From contig MU004194.1 in NCBI GenBank assembly GCA_010093605.1, positions 1,526,323 to 1,590,322 on the forward strand: a stretch of 64,000 nucleotides of DNA, in the 5' to 3' direction. Position numbers and translations under genes: made by a program. The notes beneath the pieces are model-generated. The model saw only the letters and a program-made list of their open reading frames with translations. It was not told where the DNA came from and did no database searches. How positions within the stretch are numbered: position 1 is the stretch's first letter; each line of letters opens with the position of its first letter. Of the stretch, positions 24,211 to 38,318 are shown one piece after another. The stretch is from Lophium mytilinum. Lineage: Eukaryota.

Positions 24211-27200
24211 TCAACGCTTGTAGGGATCGAGTAAGCTTTTCTGCAACGCAATCTCTTCATCTGACGGAGCTGTGACGTTAGGAATACCCTCGTCGATTGT
24301 CTCAGGCTGTTTTCCGCTTCGACCGCCAGACATGTAATGGGCCGGATTCGTGCCCACTGGACCGGTCACAATGACACCGACATCCTCGTCCGGGTCAACG
24401 ATGTGGTTGGGCTCCGGACGACCTCCACTCTCAATGATCTTCGCCGAGATAGCCCAGAGAAACTCGTTCCGGTAGTGTGCCGCCCCGATCTCGTTCACGA
24501 TCGGGATGATGTCCCGGCCACCCTTTGCAAGAGCATCGATGAACATCTCCCGGCCTTCATCTCCAGGCTCGGTACAGCTCCAAAGTCGCTCAAACTCGCT
24601 TGGATGCCATGTTTTGAGGATCTGTACGGCAGCATTGGTGTAGTCTGCAACTCCGGGGGCCTCCCAAGTCAGGCGCCAGATCTCTTCCTTCCACATCGTC
24701 TCTATAGCCTCGAACACAACAAGAACTTCTAGACTCTTCGCGGCCTCATATACACCCAGCATTGTGTCGATACTCCAATCGAGGGCTTCGATGCTCGTGC
24801 TATCGGAGGCTTCCTCCCCACCGTGCTTGCGTTTACGCGCAGACGACGACCCAGACGACGACGCACTGTAAGGATCCTGCGGTCTCGTGCGCAGATCCTC
24901 CGCCTCTTTGAATTCAAGCACTTGAACGAACCGACGTAAGCTTGCCGGCGACATGTCTTCGACATCGCAGCTTGCGTTTTCTCCTTTCGCAAGATGTTGC
25001 CGGACAACATTGGAGAACTTTAGGAGCGGCGCCAACGGGCAATTGATTGTCGCCGTTTGACCCTGAAAGACGCTTCTGATGACGAAGTAGTCTTGACCAG
25101 ACGCTGCGTTGTAAAATCCAGATGCTGGTGATTGCGGCTGCTCTTGTTCGTCTAAGGGAATAACGGCGGCCGAGTCGTGGCGAGAAGGGCCCTTTCCGGT
25201 GAGACGTGGACGCTTGCGAGGGCTCTCATCGTCCTCGTCGTGGGCGTCGGATTCTTCGCTATCATCCGAACTGTCCGTCATCTCCTCGTCGGGGTCTTCA
25301 CGGCGACGCTTCGAAGCAGCAGCGGCGGCAAGCTTGGCCTGCTTCTCTAGTCTCGCTGTCAGGCTCTTCTCGGCCTTTAGCTCCTTGTCTTTTCTGGCCA
25401 GCTCTGCTCTCAAGACCATTTCGGCCCGGCTCTTTTCGTACCCCGTTGTGTTCTCTTTCCTCTCCAACTCCATCTTCAACACCGTCGCCGCTCGCTTCCG
25501 CTCTTGTTGCAGGTCTTTGTCTTTTCTTGCTACCTGTAGCTCGAGCCATCTAATGGCGTGGAGGTGGTCCAAAGTTGGCGCAACGTCTTCCATTGAATCT
25601 TCGACATCTGACTCGTCGTCGTCCTCACTGCTCTCGGAGCCGCTCTCGTCGTCCTCACTGCTTTCAGAGCCACTGTCGGAGCCACTCTCGGAGCCACTCT
25701 CGGCGTCCTCTCTGGCCTCGACGATACCTTCGACGTTCTCTATGGTCTCGACGATGGCCTTGGCGTAATCCCCTTCCTCGATGATACCCTCGGCGGGCTC
25801 TTCCTCCTCATCGTCTTCATCAGGCCACAAGTGTGCAGTCATGGCTCGAATTTGCGGGAGACTCTTGCCACCTAGCTTAGGGCGCACACCACCGAACTCA
25901 GCCCAGGACTCCTCCTCGCCGTCGCTCTGAGCTTCACGCTCGGGCTCGTCGTTGTCCTCCATTTCAACATCTTCACGATCTTGCGGGTTTGTGGCCTCCG
26001 CGCTAGCTTTCGCAGTTTCTTCCAGTCTTTCGCCGTCTTCTTCGCCGGCAGTTGGCTGGACTTCCTGCTCAGGGGTGGCTTGTTCGCGGGCCCTCTCGGC
26101 CTCTTGCTCGATGGTGACTTGTGCCGCAACCCTCTCAGCATCTTGTTCGAGGGTGAATTCTGCCCGGGCCCTCTCAGCATCTTGCTCGAGGGTGACTTGG
26201 GCCCCAGCTCTCGCAGCCTCTTGCTCTTCTTGTGCAGCCTCGTTACTGACTTGGAGTGGCTCGTCTTGTCCACTGGCCTCCTTGCCCTCACGATCGGCAG
26301 AATCTTGCTCTTGTTCTGCAGCCTCTTTGCTGACTTGCAGTGGCTCATCCTGATCGCTGACCTCCTCGTCCTCACCACCGGCCCGATCTTGCTGTTCTTC
26401 TGCGGCCTCTTCGCTGACTTGCAGTAGCTCATCTTGCCCATTGGCCTCCTCGTCCTCACCACCAGCCTGATTTTGCTCAGTCACAGCGACCTCTTTGCTG
26501 ACTTGCAGTGACTCATCCTGCTCCTCGGCCTCCTCGGCCTCACCACCGGCCTGATCTTGCTCTTTTTCTGCAGCCTTTTTGCTGACTCGCAGTGGCTCAT
26601 CCTGCTCACTGGCCCCCTCGCCCTCCCCGCCAGCCTGATCTTGCTCAGTCACAGCAATCTCAACGCCCGAGACCTTCGCAAGTTCCACTTTCTTTGCAGG
26701 CAGTTTGAGCACAACGTTGAGGCTTTGTGGAACCTCTTCTGCCTTTCCCTTTCCCCTCCGAGTCGGCTTCGCTGCCGTAGGAGCCGCCTGCCCCAATACT
26801 TGGGGTTTCTTGATCAGACGGCCACTCGACGTATACTTCTCATCCTCACCGCCACCAGGAGCAGCAACATCTTCGCCCTCTTCGGCGTCGTCCTCACCCT
26901 CTGCGTTCGGAATAGGTGCAGCAGCCTTGCCACGAGGAGCACGCGGCTTGGGTGTTGCTTTAGGCTTCGGGGCAGCTTTGAGTTTAGGAGCGGCCTTGGG
27001 CTTAGCAGGCGCCTTCTTTGCCGGAGCTTTCGCTTTGGCGACCCCCTTTCCTTTACCCTTAGCCGGAGGCACAGGGTTCTCTTCCGCCTCTCCATCCTCT
27101 TCTTCCTCGGGCTCTTCAGTGATCTTAGCAGGCGCCTTCTTCGCAGGAGCCTTCTTCGCAGGAGCCTTCGCTTTGGCAACCCCCTTTCCTTTACCCTTCG

Positions 27201-28085
27201 CCGGCGCAGCGACCTCTCCTGCCTCCCCATCCTCTTCTTCCTCGGGCTCTTCAGTAATCTTCGCAGGCGCCTTCTTAGCCGGGGCCTTCTTAGCCGGCGC
27301 CTTCTTAGCAGGAGCCTTCACTTTCGCAACCCCCTTTCCTTTACCCTTAGCCGCAGGCGCAGCGGCCTCTCCCGCCTCACCATCCTCTCCTTCCTCCGGC
27401 TCTTCAGCAATAGCGCCAGGGGCCGGATGGTGCGATCTCGGCGCCTTGAGAGCTTGAGTACGACGCCTCTTAGCAGGCGGATCCACCGACACCTCGTCGT
27501 CGGCAGCGGGCGCGCGACGCTTGTTCTGGGCTGGCTTCACCGACGTATCGGCATCGTCAACGGGCGTGGCAGCTGGGGTTGGTTCAGCGCTGGTGGAGCG
27601 GCCGCGGCGGAGGGGGCCCTGGGTTGGAGGGGCGTTGGCGGTAGTGTTGGCTGGGGAGTGAGTGTTAGATGGTGTGATATAACGTTTTGGAGGGTGAATT
27701 ACCTTGCTGAGTGCCTTCAGTGGACGGTCCCGCTGGGACACCGGAGGCTTCTGGGGCTGCGGATCCGGTGCGGGAGCGCGCGGTGCGCTTCGCGGGTGCT
27801 TTCTTGGCTGGCGCTTTCTTGGCTCCTTTGCCAGTGGCCGGGGGTGCTTCAGNNNNNNNNNNNNNNNNNNNNNNNNNNNNNNNNNNNNNNNNNNNNNNNN
27901 NNNNNNNNNNNNNNNNNNNNNNNNNNNNNNNNNNNNNNNNNNTTCTTGGCTCCTTTGCCAGTGGCCGGGGGTGCTTCAGTGTCGGGAGGAGGGTCGGCGA
28001 TGGCAGAGGCAGCGCGGGCTTGTTTGGTGGCCGTATTGGAGGAACTGCCACCGGGGTCTACAGATGGAGCTCTACGTGGAGCCAT
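24211..28085 (-). CDS. Large low-complexity protein (PAKK repeats, acidic repeats, coiled coil) with a C-terminal divergent BTB-like domain
   Basis: ATG at 28085 (MAPRRAPS), N-gap 27853-27942, intron 27651-27702, then a ~1150-codon open exon. Internal tandem peptide repeats. The BTB-like call is by pattern only. Confidence 0.75.
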
Positions 28086-28677
28086 TTTGATGGAACGTAG
28101 ATATTTGATGGATAGAGTGAAGGTTTTGGAGAGATGTAGATGGTGTGTATGGAGGACTTCAGGAAGCGCTGTTGTGTTGCCAGGCTGTGAGGGAAGTGGA
28201 AGGGAATTGTGTTGTGCGGTCCGTCAGCTCGGTCGTTGAAGTAGTCGTCGACACGAGCTCGCTAGCCAGCGGCCGCGCTAGCTAAGCGAGAGTGAATTCA
28301 CTGACTGTTGTGTGTTCTCTCATATCCGCCGCTAACCGCATGTTTCTAGAGGCTTCTATTGAATTTCTCAGGTAGAGCGGCCTGGATGCTTAGAGTAAAG
28401 GACGTAGTAGAGAAATCAAAGACGAATCTCGTCTCCTTGCTCAGGGGTCAAGAAACGGTACATTAATTGCTAACGCCGCGTTGTACGCCACGTCTCTATG
28501 GATATCTATTCTAACACCTTTCCCTGCTTCATCTCTAATCATTGCTTAGTCTAGAATATTAAACAGTCATTATGCACTCGTTCCAAATTACGATTAAAAG
28601 AGGACCCCTGAACCTAAACTCCAATCGCTGAAGCCAAACTTTCGTATCATAGCCGCTCCCCTCTACCCCCGCCCTCT

Positions 28678-31600
28678 TTAGACGGAGGAGTAAACAAGCG
28701 CACGCTGCCCAGCCCCACAGAACTCTGTCTGGTCCCCTGCGCAAAACATCTTCTTACAATCCTGGATATCCTCCGGGATTGCCTTAGTGTTTAGCGTCGT
28801 CCCGCAATAGCACTCCTGCCCGTACTCCACCGCTGCCTTCACGTACCCCTTTCCTTTACACGTCGCAACACAGCTCTCCACAGTCATGGTCGTGCTCACG
28901 TACGAATAGCTCGGCAGCGCGCGCGGAGTGATCGGATCGTAAAAGCATCCTTGTAGATTATACACGTCCACCTTCGACGACAGCTTCGGGTACACGTAGC
29001 TCGGGTTGGTGTATTGGTAAACGTTGAGCCTGGAAGAGCCGCCGCAGGTCTCCGCGGTGTTGCCGGCGCACTGCATGGTGCAGCCGGTTTGGCCGACCTT
29101 GGATCCAAACGCCAGCCCAAGGCCGCAGTAGCACTCTTTGCCGTACTCGACGCCGGCGAAGGGGTAGTTTTTGCCGATGCAGTAGGCCTGGCAGGTTTCG
29201 ATTGTCATGGTGGTGGCTGCGAAGGTGGTGCCGTTGAGGGCACGGTGGGCAATCGTGTCGTTGGCGCAGCCGAGGGAGGACCAGGATGATGCGGATGCTG
29301 AGGGGGTGGCGGATGATGAGGTGGTTGAGGTGCGGATTGGGGACGTGGAGAGTGTCGATGGTATAAGGGTAGAGGTCGAGAGTGTCGTTGATCGTGTGGA
29401 GGAAGTCGATAATGTGGAGGACACCGTGGAAGTAGATGAGGCTGAAGAGGTCGAGGTAGATCTTGATGTAACCAGAGTAGATGAAACTGAGGATGCGCTG
29501 GACGATGACGAGCTCGATGATGTACTGGAGTATGACGTCGATACAACGCTAGACGACGCTGAAGTTGAAAGCGAGGACGAGGACGAGGAAGTTGAAAGCA
29601 GCGAAGATGAGGAAGCTGAGAGTATCGAGGAGGATGAGGACACAGTACTAGACGACACCGACGACGATACCGAAGACGAGGACGAAGTCGACACCCGGCT
29701 AGATGACGAACTGCTTGATGGGAGGTTGTGCAGCTTATACATCGTCATACCCTTTTGGCCACCGCATATCTCATTGACATTTCCAGCGCAGTTCATGTTG
29801 CACCTTCCATCTGTTGTAGCAAAGCTTCCATAGCTGAGGGTGTTCCCGCAATAGCACTCATCTGAGTACTCCACTCCGAAGTAGTTGAATCCGGCGCAGG
29901 CGCTAGCACAGAGCTCAATCGTCATAGCGCCGTTCACCCACTTCAGTCCAGTCAAGGTTCGAATAGTGATATTGTCTGAACGACAATCGGAGTAGTCGTA
30001 AAGGCCGATGCTTGGGGGGATCGGAGTGGCGGACGCCGACGGAGAAGTAGAGCTGGCGGAGGATGATGTTGATGAGCCAGTAGCTGATATCGAACTAGAT
30101 GAGGACGAGGACACCGAGACTGTAGACGATGATGATACGGTGGATGATACGGCGGAAGATACGGTGGACAATACGGTGGATGAGGTGGAGGAAGATCCAA
30201 CTGTTGAAGACACGACTGTCGATGAGGAAGTCCTGGTGGAAGATGTACTCGAGGCCGCAGCGGATGAAGTCTTCGTAGAAGACGTACTCGAAGCCGCGGC
30301 GGACGAAGAGGCACCAGGGATCAAGATGTTCCCAGAGACTGGATCGAATCTCAGGCTATCATAATAAACGGACATATATGTTCCAGTACCGCCACACATC
30401 TGTGAAGCATCTCCTGCACAAGTCAAAGTTGTGCACTTCGTTTCGTCCACCTTCACTGAGGCCAATGGTATTGCTGATCCGTAAAAGCATTGAGTCTGAT
30501 ATTCAGTGCCAGCGAAGATGGCACCGGCGGTCAGGGCCGTTTGTTGGCAGAGACCATTTTCCATAGCAGCGTTGTTGTACTGTGTGGGCTCGACACGTGC
30601 ATTCTGGGCATCTTGGTAGCATCCGAGATACTTGTATCTGGCTTCGCCACCACTGCCCAACGTAGGGCCGACCTGCTTGGGCGCCAAGGTGCCAGTAAAG
30701 TTCACAGCATGGACACCGAAAGACAGGTCGTTGGTATTGAGAGTCCAAGTGCCGAAGTAGACGATAGGATTGGAGTTGAGAGGTAAAGAGCCTGGTTGGA
30801 AATAGACTGTAGCGCTGGAGGAATTTCCTGGTGGGATTGACATTCCCTCTGATAAATCCGTGGATGGGTTGGTGGCGCCCAGAACCGTGCCCTCTGGAGG
30901 TTTGGATTTCGTGACGACAAGGTCTGATCCTCCGTTGTTCGTAAAACGAATGGTCCTCAAAGCGCTGCCCACTCCAGCTAGGGTGCCAACATCGAGCTGG
31001 AAAGTACATCCATCAGCAGGTATCGCGCAATCCGCAATAGGGTTCCATCCTCCCTCGTTCGTGGCATATTCAAATTTTACGATGGGAGACGTGTTCGCGG
31101 AACCGCTGAGAATCGTATACGCGGACCCACCGTTGGAGAAAACAGTGAGCAGGGTAAAGTAATCACCGATGACTGACGCTGCAAATGTAGCATCAACGGT
31201 CAGCGATGCGCCAGCCGCGATCTTCGTGTTCAGAGGGGGAAGTCCTGTGGTAGTGAAGTACCCATCGTCGTCAAGATCCACCGAAACGCCTGGTCCCGCC
31301 AAAGTAATATTCGTGTAGGATGCGCCGTCGTCGCCAGCATCATCACCAGCACCGTAGGCGTAACCAAGAATTACGAGGTCGGACTGTCCAGCATTCTGTA
31401 TGATGAATGTAGCTGTCGATGCAGCAAGGGCTCCTCCAATAACGATATCAGGGAATCCGACTTGCAATGGGTTGACGGCGATGAAAGGAGCCTGGCTGAC
31501 AGCCGTACCTGTCAAGGTGATGCCTTGTTCGGTGGAATACCCAGCGATGGTGTTGCTCGTGTAAATGCTCATGGCAGTCGTTTGAACGCCGGGGGAGACG

Positions 31601-33617
31601 GAAGGAGCACTTGTGCTGCCCGCATTGAGCACATAACTGGTCAGGTTGAATGTGACAGGAATGTTGAAGCTGTCTCCAGCCTTGAGAGCACCCTTGGGCA
31701 AGCTGGAATTAGACGCCTGGTAGCTGGTCTTACCCAAGGTCAATCCCAGAACCTGGGAAACAGCAATGTTTGCTTTGCAGGTGACGTTCATCGTACTCGC
31801 TGAACCAATCGCCACCGAGCCAAAGTCGAGGGGAGAAGTGCAAGTAAATGGCAGAGCGACAGGAGCTCCAAACCCGACGATGGCACCACTCAGCGTGGCC
31901 ATATAGTACCGCCCATTTCCAAACGTTGGACGCTGAAATTTACTGGGATTAGTGATAGCCGGAAGAGTGATTCGTGTCATCACACCGCCAACGGGTGCAG
32001 CATTATAAGCTCGGAGACCGTTTGTATCGACAATCCAGAGGATACCGGTACCAGCCTTTCCGTTGAATGACGTGATGGTCGCAGGCCCAACACCCACCGC
32101 ACCAGGAGATTTCTCGGTGGTTTGCGCAACTAGGGTAAATGTCGGCCTTCCGCTTGTATCAAAGCCCAAGGAATATACGTAGGTCGGTGCGCCAACAGGC
32201 GTGAGGTAGATGTAGCCGCCCTCGAGGGGATATGCACCGACATTGCCGAAGACTGCGCCTCCACCTGGAGGTGCGATGGTTTGAACAATGGCGTCACCGC
32301 CACCTGTGCCCATCTTGTATCCACCGAGGTTGTCCGCGTTCGCTACGTAGCAGATCCCGTTTTTTCCACAGGTAATTGCAAGACGAGCGATGCCCCCACC
32401 GCTAAACGTCTTTGGATCTGGTAAACAAACACCACCTGAGCCAAGGTCCCGATCACCAGCATCCATGCCCAGATACCCAAACGGCTCGAAATAATCTTGC
32501 TGTGTAAGAGCTCCAGTGTCCGGATCGATCGCTAGGTTGACGATACACTCGGACAGAATATCCAGATGAACTCGGCCAGATGCGGGCACTTTGTTGTTGA
32601 AGCCTCCGCCCTCGGCATTTCCAGTAGCAAAAAAGAGACGACCAGAGTTATCAGAGGAGATCGCAGCGCCAGACTGCCAGACTCCGGCTCCACCTCCTCC
32701 ACCAGTCCACGTACCGTCTTCTGGAGGAGAAGCAGGGCCAGCATTGGTGCTATAGCCGGTCAGAACTTTGCCGGAAGTGCTCATACCGACCACCCAACCG
32801 GTGTAATTGAAGAGATCGCAGTGTCCTCCGAACCCAGCATAGACAGCACCATTGATAAGGTTCAGCCCAGTTCGTTGGAGATGAGTCCCGCCGGTAAACC
32901 ATCGAGTGTTGTCATTGTCCGCTGGGATGCGTTAGCAATATGCAGAGACGACATTGGGAATGGCCTACCTGGGTAGCCTTGGATATTTGTGGGAAATCCA
33001 GGTCTCTCAGCCAAGGTTGCGGCATCGATGGCGTGGAATCGATAGGCACCATTCTTGTATCCAGTCTGGCCTCCTGGCAGGTAGCTCTTAGCCCAGAAAT
33101 ACACCGTGTCGGTCGACGGGTCGATGACGGGAGTGCCAGTAATCCCGATATATCCTCCAATATCGTTGCAAGACGGAAGATCAGTGACCTTGAACGGCAT
33201 TTCTCCTTCGAGCGCAAGATCTCTTTTCGCAATCAAGGTACCATTGACAGCATCGACCGCATAGATCCTGTTCGCTTCCGAGAAGGCGAGAACGATTTGT
33301 TGGCCTCCCAGACTAGTAGGCGTGTAAACCAGAGGTTTGGCGTAAAACTGATCTGGCGCACCGCCGGATGGTATCACACCCTTGTACTGCCATAGCTGAC
33401 CGAACGAGCCGCCAGTAATGACTGTGGGATCCATGTTGTGATTCGGAAGGTAGCCAGACTGTGAAGAGTCTACGATTCCAAGTTAGACGGTATCAGACGG
33501 GCGTCAAGTCAACCAACACATACCTCCGTCCATCAAAGAATCCGATGCATCATATCCAAACACTACCCGCAGAGAGCCAACGGCCCAGAGGCCAGCAATG
33601 AAGGGCTTGAGATACAT
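28678..33617 (-). CDS. Secreted WSC-domain protein: signal peptide, PQQ/beta-propeller-like N-terminus, Ig-like segments, four WSC domains with Ser/Thr linkers
   Basis: MYLKPFIAGLWAVGSLRVVFG signal-like start. Four WSC repeats (YLGCYQD..GTEYQTQCFYG; DCRSD..GVEYSDECYCG; LGCAND..GVEYGKECYCG; QGCFYD..AVEYGQECYCG). Introns ~33470-33522 and ~32922-32968. Confidence 0.9.
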
Positions 33618-35460
33618 GTCGATTATTTCCTTACCCTGGCTGGCTACACGCTGTAGCAAAGAAAAGCACAATTGCAGACGAAGATCAACGAGTGTAGATT
33701 TGTAAAGAACGTAACGCCCTCGTATTCTTCAGGGACAGGACATGAAATGCATTGACGGAAAAGACAGTTGGCGAAGGTGGCACGACTCTTGTCAAAGCTT
33801 GTATTGAGGCTTACCAGCGCGAGATAGATGTATCCAGCACGCCTCTGGCGAGGGGGCGCATACTTGTGAAGGAGCAAGACCTCGGGGTCCTCCATGGTGG
33901 TGAGCCAGGGTCAACCTACACGCTATGGCTTCCGCACCATCGAAATGCCAACCGCATACAGCTGTGGCGTTGAGAAGCGGCTGAGAAACAGCTTGAGAAC
34001 AAGCCCGAAGAAGGTTTAGCATTCTTATTTCAGGTACCAGAGCAGGGTGGTTGGGCCGGTGCCTCGGGCGCTAGATAATCCTCAAAGAGGACCTGCCAAA
34101 GGCTTGTTCCAGGCCTCTCCCGTACCTTGCATGCCAGGCCGTGGTGCCTATTGGCTGCAGTCCCTAAACACCCACGGTGGCGCAGTTCGTTTCCATGATA
34201 GGCGCAACCTTGGAACGGCATGGTTGATCTGGGCGCAGTGGCTTGCGCTGTGCCTTGAATTTCCTCATGCACATTCCCTTTGGCCCATCCCGCGCACGAC
34301 TCGCCGAGGCCTAGGCGCCGTTCCTGTCCGGTTCCCCCTGCTCCCCGACGTGCCAAGTGGCCGTTGCGACTTCACGGCGGGAGCTCCGTGATAAGATCAT
34401 AAGGAACCCTTGAATTAGCAGCAGCCGTTGACGCTGCCAATACTCCTAGCCGTGGTCGCTTCAGCTGGTGGGCTGAGGATTGCATCGGCGCCACACACGG
34501 TCAACCAGCTCAGCAAGACATGGGGGATGAAGCCTACCGGAGAGCATAGTCCAAGCTAATACTCCTTGTCGGTAGGTGCGCAGCTGCCAGTCCGTCTCAC
34601 GGGAGTTGAGACGGTGGACGGGATGTGGAGTTGAGGGGTGAAGGGGGGGATGTGGATTGAGAGGGACGGGATGTGCAGTTGGGACGGGAGATGGCCAGCG
34701 GCTAAATTGTTAGCGTCAGGGGTGCATACGCACGGACAAATGTCACTCTCGGTTAGGCTAAGCTTTCGCCGAGCCAGCCCCTGTCAGCCAGCCTTGGATC
34801 TCCTAGACTTCATCACCAAGCTACGGCTTATCCATATCAGATCTTTCGCTAGAGTCTGCAATCCCTGCCTGCTCATATAGGCGAAACATTCGTCTTTTGT
34901 TCTAATCTTTTGGTGGAGATTCCTGCGACAGGCGCATGGATGGTGCATGGATAATCCCATGAGGCTGATCAGCTGGTCACGTGCTAACAACCTCAGTTCC
35001 TCTCTCCGCACCACTGGCATCAGTAAGTGGACTATCACATCATCGTTCACCCAAGAAGACTGTTGCAATATCAAAAAACTTCGACAACCTTCTACTTCAT
35101 ACGTTAATAGGTCTAAATTATTCAGAGCGTATTGTATCTTATACCTCAGAGCTACTCTCTGTACTCAGCACAAGACTGTTTAGTTCAACCCCAATAGCTT
35201 TTAACGAAGGAGATATATGCAACAAGTCTTTATTCTTCGTACCCAGTGCGCTCATGGTTTGTTATGCGGGGAGTCCGACTGCCGCAAACGGCGACCGGAC
35301 AAAGCACACCATTCTCAAATTGCATCTTTGTTCTTTAGCAGCTCTCTCATAGCTCAACCGTTGGCATCACGATGGTCTCTGTTCTTAGCTGTGCGCTATT
35401 CATGGTCAATCGTCATTTCGAAGCTCGAGGATATAGACATTAAATACTTAAATTTTCATT

Positions 35461-37379
35461 ATGGCTCCAAGGAGAAACGCAGCCAGAGGGACAAGGGCAA
35501 ATCCACCGAGAGGAGTAAACCAGAGCGACCAGAACGCTGGAGGGGGGCGAGACAACTGGGCATTCAATCTTCGGAACCCAGATTCGATAGCAAGGGAGAT
35601 CAGAAGGGAGAATAGAAGAGCAGCTCAACAAGCTATTGCCGATGCGACTACTCAGCAACACCAGTCAGAAGCCCCTGTGGCTTCCCAGCCTATCGATGAT
35701 GGTACGTTTCGAAGTTCAATGATGTTGGTTTATGGATAGTCTTCGGCGTAGGCGACTTCACAAGCTTTAGTAGAGCGTTGGTTAGACAGAGACGGCTAAC
35801 TAACTTCGTCTCACCAGAGAACCGACCAACGCCAATCTCTCCTTCGAATCGCTCTTCACGCCGCTCAACTCAGGCCGAACGGCGGTCAACCCAGCGATCT
35901 CAGCGCTCAAACACAAGTCGAAGGAGTCGTAGACGGTCGGAGAACCAACCTTTCGACCCGTTACAGAGTGGGGGAGCCGGACCGGAAGATGTAGCATCGC
36001 CAGTTGATGAGCCCGCAAGACCTCCCGCAAGGCCTTCCCAAAGGTCTTCCCGAAGACCTCCTGCAAGAAGTCCCCTAGCACCTTCTCGCTCGCCGATCCA
36101 GAGACGAACCAGCGCAGGTCGGTCACAACCTCGCCAAACGGGCTCGACCCCGCCTGTCGACCCGCTGCAGCAGGATATCGACCAGCCGCAGGCAGAATTG
36201 CCCCACGATAGTGATGATGGGCTGTTCAACCAGCAGCAAGCCGACGAGCTTGAGGCTAATTTGGCTCGCAACACTGCACCAAGATCCCCCGTTCAGTGGA
36301 TTTTCCCCGATGCGTTCTATGAGGTAACCCGGCCGATCGATCGGGGGGGCAGGCATGGCTTAGGGCCCCGACAACGACCTATAAACGATATTCTCAACAT
36401 GCATCTCCCTCGGGGACCGGGCCGGGGGGTTCGAACCGAATACTTTGTAAACGAAAGATCACCGCCGCCGGCCGAGCGACCACCCCCCTCACAGCACGAT
36501 CCATATGACGAGTTAGACGAAGGACCGCCGCCGCCGGGCGTGCCGTATTTCCGGGGCTATGGAGCAGAGGGCATCGCTCCACCACCGCCGTATGGTCGGG
36601 ATGCCGAGCTGGACGAGGAGGAAAGGGCTGCTCCACGGCTTGCGCAAACTCGGCGTGCCGAAACTGGTGAAGCAGTTCGGCAAGCCGATCTGCCAAGAAA
36701 TCCTCCAAGCCGCGGTAGTGCTAGAGGCAGTGCTAGAGGGAGTGCTAGAGGTAGTGCAAGAGGGAGCGCCAGAGGTAGTGCAGCCCGTGGACAGGGGTCT
36801 GCAGCGCGAGACATAGGTGGTAATCAACCTCCAGGCTGGCTTCCAGGGGTTGGAAACGATCGTCCACCTGCCAGCAGCAATTCCCGTACTCCCAGCCCCA
36901 CTAGCGAGGAAATACGGGTTCGAGGATGGCGATACCGCCCTCGCGGTGGTAGAGGCGTCGTGTTTGGACAAAATCAAAATCCGCGAGGGAACCAACCTGC
37001 ACAGCCACCGGACGCGAATGGGAGAGCGCAGGCGGACGAGAGAATACAAGAACAGTTGAGGAGAGAGCAGGGCGCAAATAGGCAGGAGCGAGGTATGCGA
37101 CTCGTAATCAAAGATCCCTTGCGTCGAGTGATGAGCGACGAAGTTGGGTTAGCCGTGCATCGATTCATATTAGGAATAGAGGGACTAGACGAGTCAGATT
37201 TCATAGGGCGTACGGTCAGAGGTTGGGTTACCGACAAGGTCAACGACCTGTGGCCTGCTGTCGAGGATGTTATCAATAGGTTCTACCACGACCAACCGGA
37301 TGTTGACGTAGGGATGTTTTTATGGAGAGAAAACGACGGAGCGCCTGTGGACGAAATCCAGTATATAGGCCTGGAATAG
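35461..37379 (+). CDS. Hypothetical Arg/Pro-rich disordered protein with (GSAR)n repeat
   Basis: ATG at 35461. Intron 35702-35817 (GTACGT...CTAAC...CAG) joins in frame to a ~520-codon exon. Short globular-looking C-terminus. Confidence 0.65.
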
Positions 37380-37404
37380 CTAGAGGCATTAGCGAAGGAA
37401 AGTT

Positions 37405-37680
37405 GGAAGCAGTACAAATTAGACTATCTCTTGACCAATTGGTTGTTCGACCCCCAGGCTATCCCCAACAGTGGTGTCGAGTGAGCAAGATGGAGTAAGG
37501 TAGAACTGAATTCATGTGCCTAGACTTATAGGCTAGTACTGTTGATGTCGAGGTTCACGCGGTACAGATTAGACTATCTCTTGACTGACTAGTTATCCAG
37601 CAACCAGGCAGCCCTCAACAGTAGTGTCGAGTGAACAAATTAGAGCAAAGCAGAGAGGAGATCATGTGCCCAAATTTATA
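37405..37680 (-). repeat. Two ~150-bp diverged direct repeats; inverted members of the 41.3-45.9 kb repeat family
   Basis: GTACA(A/G)ATTAGACTATCTCTTGAC...CAACAGT(G/A)GTGTCGAGTGA at ~37412 and ~37562. The reverse complement matches the array core. Confidence 0.8.
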
Positions 37681-37949
37681 GCTTAACGGTGCAAGCCGTG
37701 AGAAATAAAGTATAGGGAACTAGCATGGGTGTAGTCTCTCGGGTACTCTTCGAGAGAGACTGATGCTGTGTAGGAAGTTCCACAAATAACTTAATATCAG
37801 TTCGAATTGCAGAGTGGATCGATAGAGATCCTCCAGGTGTGCTTTAATATAGTCAAGAAGTATGCAATTCCTCTACAAACACACGCCGAACTGAAGTACC
37901 AACTAAATGACCTTGTCAGAGTATAACAGTAAGGGCTACAGCAGGCGCA

Positions 37950-38112
37950 CGACACCTCTTATATATAGTCTCGCCTTCCTCTAAACCTCTCTCTCTCTCT
38001 CTCTCTCTCCTCCACCATTATCCACTACATTACGTATAAGACACCTGTTATATGTAGTCTTACCTTCCTCCAGGCCTTTCTCTCTCCTACATCATCATCC
38101 ACTACATCACGT
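37950..38112. repeat. ~90-bp diverged duplication containing a (CT)n microsatellite
   Basis: GACACCT(C/G)TTATAT(A/G)TAGTCT..CCTTCCTC...ATCCACTACAT(T/C)ACGTA occurs twice. (CT)n at ~37987-38009. Confidence 0.8.
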
Positions 38113-38318
38113 ACACGGCCTACAGCTGCTTGTTCCGTGACAAGCCTGCTTCTTTATCGGCTTTCGACTGACCTTTGTATACATCCCTCTTTTCAGCACG
38201 TGATGTGCTGATTGAATTCATCATTGGCTGATGCCAAGAATTAGCATTCACTCTTACGACCACAACAAGCACGGGCCACCCCACCACGCGAGCAAAATAA
38301 AGCTCCGTCGCTAGAGCC

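Noticed and set aside
23574..24234. Short ORFs between the G-alpha-like gene and the large minus-strand gene
   Set aside because: No domain signal or consistent exon structure.
25199..30364. Long plus-strand ORFs (e.g. 26557-28239, 29207-29833, 30008-30364)
   Set aside because: Antisense shadows of low-complexity minus-strand coding sequence.
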